From contig NC_057735.1 of the NCBI RefSeq assembly GCF_004010195.1, positions 43,699,698 to 43,763,697 of the forward strand: a DNA stretch of 64,000 nt. Reading direction: 5' to 3'. This document shows, one piece after another, positions 38,108 through 50,260 of the stretch. The stretch is from Chiloscyllium plagiosum (Eukaryota). Each line of letters begins with the position of its first letter. Positions within the stretch are counted from its first letter, which is position 1. Position numbers and translations under genes: made by a program. A model generated the notes under the pieces. The model did not search any database and was not told the origin of the DNA. It was given only the letters and a program-made list of their open reading frames with translations.

Positions 38108-38410
38108 TGATTAGATTACTTACAGTGTGGATACAGGCCCTTCGGCCCAACATGTCCACACTGACCCTCCAAAGAGTAACCCATCCAGATCCATCCCCCT
38201 CTGACTAATGCACCTTACACCACAGGCAATTTAGAATGGCCAATTCACCTGACCTGCACCATTGGACCGTGGGAGGAAACCGGAGCACCCGGAGGAAACC
38301 CACACAAACACAGAGAATGTGCAAACTCCACACAGTCGCCCAAAGCTGGAATCGAACCTGGGTCCCTGGCGCTGTGAGGCAGCAGTGTTAACCACTGAGC
38401 CACCAAGCCA
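38108..38410 (-). mobile_element. HE1-type V-SINE
   Basis: Full head/V/tail signature. Confidence 0.9.
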
Positions 38411-38811
38411 CAGTAGTCAATAAACTACTGGAAGCTAAGAGATCATTTAATAGCCAACAATAAATATTTAACAGAACAAATTGAAGGAGAACTTCAGCAG
38501 GTCAGGCAGCATCTGTAAAGAGTGAAAACAGAGTCAACATTTTGGGTCCAGTGACCCTTCTTCAGGACTCAAGAGTTAGTTTATAATCAGGATCGATAGT
38601 GGAAAAATAATACTGGATGGAATTACAATCAAATTGAACAAAAACTGAGCTCACAAGTGGTGCAAAAACAGTCTCATCTACACACAATAATCTTCTATTC
38701 AACTGTAGAACAGAAAACGCTGCGAAAAGTCAACAGGTCCAGTAGCATCTATGGAGAGGGAAACAGAATTAATGTTTCAGTGTAAGATATTCCATCAGAA
38801 CTGGATAGATT

Positions 38812-39113
38812 ATCGTCCAACAGGTTTATTTGGAAACACTAGCTTTCAAGATGCTACCTCTTCTTCAGGTGGGCGTGGAACATGACCATAAAACACAATT
38901 TATAGCAAAAGGGTTACAGTTTCATTGAGTTGTAATATGTGACACTAATGATCCATGACTCTAACCCTTTTGCTATAGGTTTGCGTCATATGATCATATT
39001 CCACAACCACCTGATGAATAGGCAGCACCTCGAAAGCTAGTGCTTCCAAATAAACCTGGATTATAACTGGTTTATTTTTAACTTTGTCCAGCACTGGCAT
39101 CTCCAAATCATAA
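38812..39113. mobile_element. Older family B palindrome
   Basis: Inverted arms with cctgatgaat...gaaagctagtg. atagatt occurs on both flanks. Confidence 0.75.
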
Positions 39114-39289
39114 ATAGATTGTTGAGGGGTCTTTGAGGCCCCCAATTTACAAACTGCTTACACGCAAATACAATCCCAGACAGTGTTAAAATGTTAAAAA
39201 CCCAACATATAAAAATTACCTTTATTTATAAATGGACTCCAGATCAGAACCCATTCGCAATCAGGGGACTGCATCTGTCTGGTAATGTC

Positions 39290-40545
39290 CTTGAAGATAG
39301 TAGAGTAATAGGGTAGGGGAATGGGTCTAGGTAGATTACTCTTCAAAGGGTCAGTGTGGACTTGTTGGGCCAAAGAAGCCTGGTTTCCATGCTGTAGGGA
39401 TTCTATAATTCTTTGAAAAGCCTGGAACATGCTAACAAAGCAGATATATCAATGTTTAAGAATCAACTTGACAGATCCACGAATAGGTGGAAAATAGAGA
39501 GGCACAGACCATGTAATAGCAACAGGTTTTTAGGTTTAAGAGCTGTAGAGTCAAATCAGACAATCCTTAGTGTGGAAACAGGCCCTTCGGCCCAATAAGT
39601 CCACACTGGCCCTCTGAAGGGCAACACACCCAGACCCATTCCCCAATTATCCTATGTTTACCCCTGACTAATACACCTAACCTACACATCCCTGAATACT
39701 ATGGGCAATTTAGCATGGCCAATTCACCTAACCTGCACATTCTTGGACTGTGGAAGGAAACCCACACAAACATGGGGAGAATATGCAAACCCAACAGTCG
39801 CCAGAGGCTGAGATTGAACCCAGGTCTCTGGTGCTGAGAGGCCAGCAGTGCTAACCACTGAGCCACCATGTGACAATGCAGGCTTGGTGATGCAAAGAAC
39901 CTGCTCCTATGCTGTCTGGTTCTCCACCTGTCAGTTATGCATTAGTAAGACTGCACCTAATACCTGCAATCAGATTACCTCAAGGATGGCAGGCAGGCCA
40001 GGCTGTTTTAACTCTAGCGTAGAGTCAAAAGTGACTAAACTGAAACATCCATGACCTTGAGACCCAAGGGAAAGTTGAATGCTTCCTCTGCTGGGATAAT
40101 CTAAAACTGGGTCATTTAAAAAATTAGGGGGGGAGGGTCACCCCCTAATGGAGATAAAGCTTTTACTTTGGGTTCTATAGTCTTTGGAATTCCCTTCCTT
40201 AAAATACTACGGATGCAGAATCTTCAGCAATAAGACTGGTTCAGTGGTTAGCACTGCTGCCTCAGCACCAGGGATCAGACTTGAATTCCACCCTCTGGTG
40301 ATTGTGTGAAGTTTGTACCTTCTCCTTATGCTGCATTGGTTTCCTCCCACAATCCAAAGATATGGATGCAGGCTACAGAAAATGTCCCATTCTATCCAGA
40401 GCTATACAGGCTCAGTGGATTAGCCATGGGAAAACACAAGGGTAGAGTTGGAGGTTGGGTCTGGATGGGATGCTGTTTGGAAGGTCAGTGTTGAGTCAAT
40501 GGGCCAAACTGCCTGTTTCCATACCATAGAGATTCTATAATCTTA
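39290..40545. mobile_element. Cluster of HE1 SINEs (39290-39410 +, 39568-39870 -, 40235-40545 +) and short CR1 pieces
   Basis: HE1 head/V/tail signatures. Confidence 0.8.
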
Positions 40546-41717
40546 TTAGTTAAGGCAGAGGTAAAGATTGATTATCAAGAGAGAAAGATTATCAGGGTTA
40601 CACAATATAGACTTGATGTTAGAAAATGAAAACAGTCATGATCTTATTGAATGGTAGCAGACTTAAAGTGGCCAAGTGGTCTATTCTATTCCTTGGTCAT
40701 TGGTGGCCAGCTTTCATTGATTATACACAAAGGGGCTGACAAGTGGATAGAAAATGCCCTTTCCATTAGCACTCAAGAGTCCATGATAATTAAATAATAA
40801 CTAATATAGAATGGAGTACTTTTTCAGAGGGGATGGCGTGTGTATGGAGCTTTGCCTGAAGAAGAGGAAGAAACCCTGAGCATATTTTAAAATATATGCC
40901 CTTCTAATCCCCTTAACCTGGAGGGTTCAAAATCAACAGCTGTAAGGTGAGGTCAAATTGAACAACTGTTTGCCACTCAGCATAGATAGCTTGACTATCC
41001 TCCTGTGCAGTATATCTGTTGCAACCCACATATAAACCATTACAGGGACCTCTCAATGCCCAGCCACTGAAGGTCATCTGCTGCCTTCAAAGAAATTAAT
41101 GGCATTATACTACTCAGGAGGAAGTGAGGACTCAGATGCTGGAAAAGCACAGCTGCTCAGGCAGCACCTGAGGAGCAGGAGAGACAACATTGAGCATCGC
41201 TGATGAAAAGCTTGAAACATCAACTCTCCTGTTCCTCAAATTCTGACTCTGGCTGTGCTTTTTCAGCACCACAATGACCATAATACATCTCGGGCAACCC
41301 ATATGTTGACAAATTCCTGACCCTGGTAATTCCCTCAATATCAGAGGGATTCATGTTAACTTACTTTTAATTCAAGACCTGAATTTGAGTTCAGGATTAG
41401 CACTAAGCAGATCAGGCGTTCCACTTGAGAGACTGAAGTGTCAGACTTGATCTTTGTGATGTCAGCTCTTGTCTAGTACCCATTACAGCTGGTCAGGGCT
41501 TGTACATATACTGAACAATAAACCCTAATTTTTCAGTCACTTTTCATGACTACCTGGTGTCCAGCTGGATTCAGACAGATCACATCACCTTATGCAGTGC
41601 AAGTGCAGTCTGGTCCTTCAAATAGAACCTTAACAGCTTCATGACCACCCCAGGACCTTAAACTGCTATGGAGTAGCTTCTTAACTGATCAGCAACACAC
41701 CAAATGCTGTACAACAT

Positions 41718-41723
41718 TTTATT
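41718..41723 (-). terminator. RPL10A: RPL10A polyadenylation signal AATAAA
   Basis: tttatt on + strand, 26 nt past the stop codon. A GU-rich element (TTTGGTGTGTTG) lies downstream. Confidence 0.85.
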
Positions 41724-41749
41724 CAAAAATATATTACAGCAAAAGCCAC

Positions 41750-41920
41750 TCAGTAAAGGCGCTGAGGTTTGCCCATGCTGCTCTTAATGTAGAGGGCACG
41801 CACATTCTGCCAATTCTTTTTCAGTAGTGAAACCAGGAAGTTGATTGCTAGATGAATGTTGTAGACAAGCTCCTCTTCAGTCATTTTAATGTGGCCCACT
41901 GCAACTGCCAAACACAGCAC
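41750..41920 (-). CDS. RPL10A: 60S ribosomal protein L10a (uL1), exon 6 (171 nt incl. TGA)
   Basis: [56 protein letters not shown]; acceptor ttttcttcccctcag. Confidence 0.98.
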   Translation of the reverse strand: MLCLAVAVGHIKMTEEELVYNIHLAINFLVSLLKKNWQNVRALYIKSSMGKPQRLY

Positions 41921-42499
41921 CTGAGGGGAAGAAAGACGGATTAAACTACATTTCAGATGGCTCAACTCCTAAACAACCATACCAACTCTGAAGGAGTTTT
42001 TGTATCAAAGTCCAGATGAACAGCACTTCAACAGGAACAATCTAACTATTATGTCCCCTGCAGTCTACATCAGTAGATCATTCATATCTACTGCAGTCTG
42101 CATAACCCTCAGGCAACTCAAACCATTTTCTTCAACACCCTGTCATTGGCAAAGCAACGTGGTAACATTGCCAAACTCTGCAATAGTTCAGGGATATCCT
42201 TCCTGTCTCTGTTGAAGGCACTGGCTCAATTTAGCCTACTGTTGCATGATCATGTACTATGTTTCTAGTCAGAGGCAAACTAAATCTCATCTGAAAATCA
42301 CAAATTCCAACAATGTAAACAGCACCCCAGCATCAGCTGATTCAGATCCACGGAAATATCACCAATATTGTTACTGGGAATGCCAACACATTAACAGCAG
42401 TTCAGATTTTCAATGGCATGCAATATATAAATCACTCATTGCTGTCAGCTGAATCCCCTCTAGAAAGTTATACCACACCCTGGTCAGGCTGAGCTCCTA

Positions 42500-42781
<282 letters not shown>

Positions 42782-43149
42782 TTAAGCATTTATCCAATTT
42801 TCAAAGGTCACCTCTGAATCTATATCCATCTGGCTCAAGGCAGCAAGGTCACTAACACATACTGACCCTGCCTATGGCACATCCCAAGAACAAACAAAAC
42901 TGACTCCATAACAATTTGTCCCATCTCAAATTCTAACCAAAGGATTTCTCTTCTTGTCTTCTGGCTCACTGCTCTGCTTTAACCCCATTTCCATTGGAAG
43001 CACATTTCTCTTAATGTAAATGAAAACAAATCTCTTAGCCTGAACTGCTTTTGCAATCCAACTTCTACAGCCCATCATGACAATAATTCCTCCACCTGGC
43101 CCATTTGCAAATATTTTCAGCACCCTAGCTAAACTCTTTCCAATTTAAA

Positions 43150-43880
43150 GGCTCGTTTGATCATCAATGCTGAAAGTTGAATGTGACTATAGGAGGAATG
43201 GTTAGGTGGTTTGCATATGACACCAAAATATATGGTGTAGCAGATAAAGATCATATCAGCACAACAGGATCTTGATCAGATGCAACAACAGGCAAAGCAA
43301 TGGCATAGTTTAATTTGGATAAATGGGAGGGTCGTATTTTGCTAAGGCAAACTAAGGCAGGATTCAGAACCAAGGATGCAGGTGCATAGTTTCTTGAAAG
43401 TAGAGTCACAGGTAGACAGGGAGTGAATGCAGCATTTAACTGCTGTATAGGACAGTGGTGAGACCACTTTAATACCGTATATAATTCTGGTTACTCGCCC
43501 ATGGGAAGAATGTTGTGAAACTTAACAGTGTAGAAAAGATTTACAAGGATATTGCCAGGACTGCAGAGTTTGAAGCTTGGATAGGGTAAATAGACAAGGT
43601 CTTGTCCCAGGGGTGGGGCAGTCCAGAACTAGACTAATTGGACATAGGTTTAGGCTAAGAGAGGAAGATTTAAAAAGGGACAACCCTTTCTAGAGGGTGG
43701 TGAGTTTATAGAATGAGCTGCCAGAGGAAGTGGTGGAGGCTGGTACAATTACAGCATTTAAAAGGCATCTGGATGGGTATATGGAAAGGAAGGGGTAGTA
43801 GGACTAGATTACGTTAGCATATCTGGTCAGCATGGATGAGATGGACCAAAGGGTCTGTTTCCTTACTGCACATCTGACTC
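43150..43880 (+). mobile_element. Deleted CR1 3' fragment in RPL10A intron 4
   Basis: gaatgagctgccagaggaagtggtggaggctggtacaattac and 3' UTR. Confidence 0.8.
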
Positions 43881-44365
43881 GAACCACACGTGGTGTGAAC
43901 AGACTTGTCATTCAGCAAAGCAACAGAAATATTTTCAAAAACAAATGAATAAACCGAACCAAGTCCCAACACAGACAATTTGTCTCGTTTCATTTATCAG
44001 AGGTAGACGAGAATGAGCAAATCTGTACAACCTTTAATGGAGGCTTAACGGAGCTGAATAGGAGTAAATTCTACTGGAAATGGGCATGAATGTAACTTGA
44101 AAATAAATCCCATTTAGCCATCTGCAAGCTGAACAGTTCCTGGTCTATGCTGAATAGTCAATTTCAAATAAGTTAACGAATTTGCATTCAAGAAATTGAG
44201 ATGAATGCGCTGTTTTGTAAACAGATACACAGCCACTGAACTGCAAATGCTTCTGATCTGAAAGTCCTATTTAAGGCCTCTAACCTTTCGTAATTCCACG
44301 TTCAGGTGAATACCATGCATGATATTCGAACCAGTCCTAAGTGTCATTCTTAAAATTACTTCGGG

Positions 44366-45703
44366 CACATAGACAATAGGTGCAGGAGTAGGCCATTCTG
44401 CCCTTCGGGCCTGCACCACCATTCATTATGATCATGGCTGATCATCCTCAATCAGTATCCTGTTCCTGCCTTATCTCCATAACCCTTGATTCCACTATCC
44501 TTGAGAGCTCTATCCAACTCTTTCTTAAATGAATCCAGAGACTGGGCCTCCACTGCCTTCTGGGGCAGAGCATTCCACACAGCCACCACTCTCTGGGTGA
44601 AGAAGTTTCTCCTGNNNNNNNNNNNNNNNNNNNNNNNNNNNNNNNNNNNNNNNNNNNNNNNNNNNNNNNNNNNNNNNNNNNNNNNNNNNNNNNNNNNNTG
44701 GTCTCACCAGGGCCCTGTACAGTTGCAGAAGAACCTCTTTGCTTCTATACTCAATCCCTCTTGTTATGAAGGTCAGCATGCTATTAGCCTTCTTCACTAC
44801 CTGCTGTACCCTGCATGCTTGCCTTCATTGACTGGTGTACAAGAACATCCAGATCTCTTTGTACTGCCCCTTTATCTAAATTGATTCCATTTAGGTAGTA
44901 ATCTGCCTTCCTGTTCTTGCCACCAAAGTGGATAACCATACATTTATCCACATTAAACTGCATCTGCCATGCATCTGACCACTCACCTAACTTGTCCAGG
45001 TCACCCTGTAATCTCCTACCATCCTCATCACATTTCACCCTGCCACCCAGCTTAGTATCATCAGCAAATTTGCTAATGTTATTGCTAATACCATCTTCTA
45101 TATCATTAACATATATTATGAAAAGCTGTGGTCCCAGTACTGATCCCTGCGGTACCCCACTGGTCACTGTCTGCCATTCCAAAATGGAACTGTTTATCAC
45201 AACTCTTTGTTTCCTATCAGCTAACCCACTTTTAATCCAAATTAGTACTTTGCCCCCAATACCATGTTCCCTAATTTTGCTCACTAACCTCCTATGTGGG
45301 ACTTTATCAAAGGCTTGCAAGTCCAGATACACTACATCCACTGGATCTCCCTCATCCAGCTTCAGTTACATCGTCAAAAAAATTCAAGATTAGTCAAGCA
45401 TAATTTCCCCTTCATAAATCCATGCTGACTCTTGACCTATCCTGCTACTGCTATCCAGATATGTCCTAATTTCATCCTTTATAATTGACTCCAGCATCGT
45501 TCCCACCACTGAAGTCAGACTAACTGGTCTATAATTTCCTGCTTTCTCTCTCGCTCCTTTCTTACAAAGTGGCACAACATTAGCCACCCTCCAATCCGCA
45601 GGAACTGATCCTGAATCTATCGAACTCTGGAAAATAATCACCAATGCATCCACGAATTCTAGAGCCACCTTCTTCAGTACCCTGGGATGTAGACCATCAG
45701 GCA
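44366..45703 (-). mobile_element. CR1 RT/3' fragment in RPL10A intron 4 (contains gap 44615-44698)
   Basis: PDGLHPRVLK, NYRPVSLTS, GVPQGSVLGP, KFADDTK. Confidence 0.9.
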
Positions 45704-46056
45704 CATACTGATTACAATATCCTAGCAAGCCTAGAATGCCACAAGTGGATAACTGGGTCTCTTGTTCAGACTGATTTTCTTACTGATCATACAACCCTAT
45801 AAACCAAGATCACAAGCTACTGAATTGCACTCCTAAACATTCAATACCTTTAATTAACATACAATATGTAACTGTGCATGAAAATCAACACAATTAAAAT
45901 CTTATCCAATGATTCAAATATAGTGCTCAGAATCTAAACTGCAGCAGTTCTCTCCTGGCTCCCACCAAATAAATGCAACAGAAATGCAGATGTCAAACAT
46001 TTCCAAACTGAACTCCAGAATGCTCAGGTTCCAATTACAATTAGCCTCCAACTCAC

Positions 46057-46205
46057 CCAGCTTCTTGACCATTTTCTTATTTTTGTTCAGCTTCTTCAGA
46101 GCTTCAATGTCCATGTGAGGGAGGTCAGCAGCCTTCGCTTCATCACAGTGCTGCTGGTCACCAAGCACACAGATGGAGAACTTCGGCCGAGGGGCACTCT
46201 TTAAC
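46057..46205 (-). CDS. RPL10A: RPL10A exon 4 (149 nt)
   Basis: (R)[49 protein letters not shown]; bounded by tag / gtgagt. Confidence 0.98.
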
Positions 46206-46341
46206 CTAAACCAGCAGGACATCAGAGTCAAACTTCAGGATGTGGTTAAAACCCAGATCATTCAAAGGAAGCTTTTGTGAATGCCTTACCCTAGCTGGCT
46301 TCTCATGTGTCTTATCCACCAGCAACTTACTCCTTACAAAT

Positions 46342-46380
46342 GGTCGGCAGGATTGGCAATACTGCCTCCCCTAGCCTCCC
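46342..46380 (-). promoter_or_regulatory. Candidate L10ARE-like uL1-binding RNA element in intron 3
   Basis: GGGAGGCUAGGGGAGGCAGUAUUGCCAAUCCUGCCGACC folds as a hairpin with two GGGAGGC/GCC internal-loop modules. It lies just upstream of GTAAG donors. Confidence 0.6.
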
Positions 46381-46558
46381 CTCATGTTTTAAGACCCAGG
46401 GTACGGGTCCGTTCCAAACCCCTTGTGGAGTGGAACTACCCATGTTTTTCAGTAGCACAAGGTGAACAAAGAACATTTACTTGTTTGCAAATGGACAAAG
46501 CCAATCACTATTCACCAACTTGTGCACTGAGAACTGGGTTAGCAATAAGAAGCCGAAC

Positions 46559-46639
46559 CTGACAGTGCCAGAGAAACGCTTGTCCTTTTGAGGGTCATAG
46601 TTCTTCAGGCTGATCTGTAGCTCCACAGTCTCCAGGAAC
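46559..46639 (-). CDS. RPL10A: RPL10A exon 3 (81 nt)
   Basis: (K)[26 protein letters not shown](R); bounded by tag / gttcgg (weak donor). Confidence 0.98.
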
Positions 46640-47931
46640 CTAAACAGAAGATATTCCCATCAGCTATGCAGACAAAGAAAGATCAACTCACTATACAAAA
46701 CTTTTCAGCTGCCCAACAGTCAGATGTAGGAAAATTGGCCATTGTGGCACTATACATCTCAATGCCCTGATCCTACATGTCCTTTGATGTCTTGCACTTA
46801 ATGGCAAAGCTTTCACAGCCTTCTAGCTTAAAGAATTCCAAGATTCACTGCCCTGAGTAAAGTGGTTTGTCTTCATCTCAGTCCTGAATGGCTTATTTGT
46901 TTTACTGAGACACTGGCCCTCTGGACCTAGACTCCAAAGTCATGCATCTACATCTATGCTACATTAATGCCAAAAGACTACAACATCCACTTTAGGAAGC
47001 AGAGAGGGCCTCAACTCTCTCGCCTTGGGTGGTGACATATGGGGTTAGCCACAAGCAGCTTCAAAACAAGCAAGATCCGCAGCCGGACCAGCGTGTGACA
47101 AGTTTTTGTGTAAAAGAATAGACAGTGCTGGTAGAGAGTTTGACCAATGGTTAAAGCCAAGCCCAAACCCACCCTCAACACTCATCTAGTATCAGCCCAC
47201 CCAGGCAAGGATCACCGGAGAAGCAAGGAATTGGGTTGATTTCTCCTTCCTGGAAGAATGATGCTGAACTAAACAGTACAATCCTGCTCTAGCCTTTGCA
47301 GCTATGCTCCACTGGGGTTTACACAGTACTTATGGCACGCGGTAGACATGGTCATACAAACGCTACATGACTGCCAGGACTATGCCTGGACAAAACCCTT
47401 CTACAGACTGCACATCACTACTAAAGGAACTAAACTATATCACATGCAATTTCAAACATGGTAAAAGCAATAAATATTAAAACTGTCTATTAGGAGTTTA
47501 AAAAATAAATTGAAATTGTGTTCCAGGATACACAGCTCCACAAAGATTTGCCATGATTGAGGAAATTCCTCATCACAGCCCCATATTGTATGCCCTATAT
47601 TCTGAGACTGCCCCCTGGCTCTAGATCCCACAGCAAGGGGAACCATCCTTTCTACGCCTACATCTTTCAATTTTATAAGCTTCCAGGAAATCACCTCCCT
47701 TTCTCCTAAATGGGAGAGGTTAGAGGCCTGACCTCCTCTATCTCTCAAAAGGAACCCACATCTGAAGTCTGGTTAACCCCTGCTACACTCAGAGGTATAC
47801 CCTTCCATTGGCAAGTAGAAGAGAATTGCACGAATGGGTGCAGGTGCAATTTAAACAGCATTCTGTACAATTGAAACAATTTATTTGCTTCTGTATTCAA
47901 ATCCTTGTACGTGACAAAGCAGGAGACTTAC

Positions 47932-48006
47932 TTGCGAGGTTTCTGTTGGGATCCCTGAAGGACCTCTCGGACAGCTTCGTACAGGGTATCACGTGAGACT
48001 TTGCTG
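47932..48006 (-). CDS. RPL10A: RPL10A exon 2 (75 nt; 72 nt from 48003 if the CAG of the AAGCAG tandem acceptor is used)
   Basis: (S)SKVSRDTLYEAVREVLQGSQQKPR(K); donor gtaagt. Confidence 0.97.
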
Positions 48007-48129
48007 CTTCATCACAAAGAAAACATCACAACTTAAGTTCTGAAACAGCAATTCATCTAATTCTTAAACCATACCCTTGCATAACTGAACTCAATAGAAA
48101 TGATTGAAGGTGGGCTTTAGGCTAAGGAA

Positions 48130-48345
48130 AAAGTGAGGACTGCAGATGCTGGAGATCAGAGGCCTATCACCCCCACCTTGACCTCCCTCCACCTATCGCA
48201 ATTCCAATGCCCCTCCTCCCTACCTTTTATCTTAGCCTGCTGGACAGACTTTCCTCATTCCTGAAGGGCTTATGCCCAAAACGTCGATTCTCCTGTTCCT
48301 TGGATGCTGCCTGACCTGCTGCGCTTTTCCAGCAACACATTTTCA
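48130..48345. mobile_element. Family A Penelope terminal-repeat insertion with short inverted tail and 16-bp TSD
   Basis: gctttaggctaaggaa occurs at 48114-48129 and 48346-48361. Confidence 0.85.
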
Positions 48346-49300
48346 GCTTTAGGCTAAGGAAGTACCATTACGCATTCAAAACATGAATGGCCTATGAAGA
48401 GAATCAGTACCATACCAGCACTTCATTTTTTTTCAGATCTCCACCATTCACAAGACAAGAAGCAAGCTAATCAGCCTGAGTGTGCCATGTTACTTCATGA
48501 GATCTGCTAATCCGATTACCTTTAATTTAATTTCCCCATCATCCTTGAACCCTCTCTCATTGCAGTATGTCAGACTTCAAAATACTTAACCACCGAGGCT
48601 CCACAACTCACTGCTGAGGGATTTCACAGACTTACCAACTTCATAAAAAAGGAATTCCTAACCTTCATCCTAGTGAGCAATCCTTACTCAGATTACATCC
48701 TCTGGTTCCAGACTCTTCTAAAAGGAGAAACAAACTACCCAGATCTGCACTGTCAAGTACCCACCACCCTGCATAACAAGAATCTTCTTTCAGTAAGATT
48801 GCCTTTACATCCAGTAAATACAGGTCCAACCTAGTCAACCTCAAGTCAAACCCTCTATGCCATGGAATCAACCTAGTGAATCTTCACTGTTAATATGCCT
48901 TTCCCTCAATTAGGGGAAAATTGAAAACTGCATTGGGGTTGGCATTTAGGTTGACCTAAACGTTTTGGTCTCAGAGAATTTCAGATGATGGGGAGACCAG
49001 GTCAGAGATGCACAGCAAAGAGACTGCCATGCAGACCAGGCAGCCTAAATTAATATAGCCCATTTGCCAGCATTTAGCCCATACCCCAGATCTTTCCTAT
49101 TCATGTACCCATCCTGGTGCCTTTTAAATGTTATGGTACAAGCCTCCACCACTTCCCCTGAAAGCTCAGTCCATACATGCACCACCCTCTGCATGAAGAG
49201 GTTGCCCCTTGAGTCACTTAAATCTTTCACCTCTCAGCTTAAACCTATACCCTCGGTTGCTCGACTTCCCCAACCCAGGGAAGTCATCTTGAGTATGTGC

Positions 49301-49391
49301 TGATAATGTGTTGCTGGAAAAGCGCAGCAGGTCAGGCAGCATTCAAGATGCAGGAGAATCGACATTTCAGGCATGAGCCCTTCTTCAGGAA
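49301..49391 (-). mobile_element. Family A solo terminal repeat with hammerhead core (49359-49390), nested in a CR1 3' fragment (~49000-49450)
   Basis: Minus strand CUGAAGA-A-GGGC-UCAU-GCCU-GAAA-UG-UC. Flanks read agtatgtgc / agtatgcgc. Confidence 0.75.
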
Positions 49392-49949
49392 AGTATGCGC
49401 CCAGCCCATGCCCCTCCATGATTTTATAAACCTCTACAGTCAGCCCTCAGCCTTGGACAAAGTTAAAAATCTCACAAACCAGGTTCTGGTCCATAACCTG
49501 GTGCGCAGTGATTTTTAAACACTGTCCACCCCAAGCCCAACACCTGCACCTCCACGTCTCAGCCTTGGAGAGTGTGAGAAGTGCAGATGCTGTAAAGTCA
49601 GAGTCAATAAAGCATGGAACTGAAAAAGCACAGCAGGTCAAGCAGCTGAAAAGGGGGAAGTCAGCGTTTCAGACCAGAACCTTTCATCCAGTGCTGATTA
49701 AAAGGTGCCGACCTCAAACGTTGACTCCCCTGATGCTGCCTGACCAGTGACTCTGTGACCTGCTGAGCTCTGTCCAGCTCCACACTTACATCGCCACCCC
49801 TCAGCCTCCAGGGAGAATATCCCCACAGAGTGAGGAGACAAAACAAATGGAAGATGAATCGGGTGTACAGGAGTTATGACAGGGCTAGACCTCAGGGATA
49901 TGGACACTGTGTTGTGAACTGGAGGCTCTGGGCTATGGGGAGCCCCCCT

Positions 49950-50260
49950 GGGCCCTCAGTCACAGGAGCTGCCGGGGCCTGGAGACAAAACGGCACGGGA
50001 TTCCGCGGCAGAGACGCCATCGTTCCTAAATTCCGCAGTAACTTGTCGGTAAGGTCAGTGTGGGCCCCTCCGATGGCAGCCCGGAGCCGGTGGTGCGCTC
50101 TAACGGGGAGGATGGCGGTGGATTGTCCGAGCAGCCTGCGGCCTAGCCTGGCCTCACCTCATCCTGACGGTGACTCCGGTAAAAGAGGCCGCTCGCCCGG
50201 AACTGACCGCTTTTATAACCGGACCGGCTTCCGCCTCTCGCGAGGGTATTCAGCGATCAT
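49950..50260 (-). promoter_or_regulatory. RPL10A: RPL10A CpG-island promoter: TATAAAA (50217-50211), TCT/5'TOP initiator (50188-50181), ETS, CGCG and YY1-like sites
   Basis: TATA lies ~31 bp upstream of CCTCTTTT. CCGGAA 50197-50202; CTCGCGAG 50237-50244; GATGGCG 50111-50117. This is the only strongly CpG-rich stretch in the window. Confidence 0.9.
50158..50162 (-). CDS. RPL10A: RPL10A exon 1 coding part (ATG AG); exon starts ~50186
   Basis: Minus strand ...ctcttttaccggagtcaccgtcagg ATGAG|gtgagg. The six exons sum to 654 nt (217 codons + stop). Confidence 0.93.

Noticed and set aside
44030-44360. Intronic snoRNA or Pol III unit in RPL10A intron 4 (octamer ATTTGCAT)
   Set aside because: No convincing C/D or H/ACA box arrangement seen; a lone octamer is not significant.
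45914-46231. ORF-track extensions of RPL10A exon 4 as a standalone 105-aa protein
   Set aside because: Only 46057-46205 matches uL1 and is bounded by AG/GT; the remainder is intron.
48899-48935. U1 snRNA-like stretch (tttccc...gggaaa...actgcat)
   Set aside because: Short, lacks the Sm site and other U1 stems, and is explained by the antisense CR1 motif ccttcctt.aataaggggaccaaaactgca.
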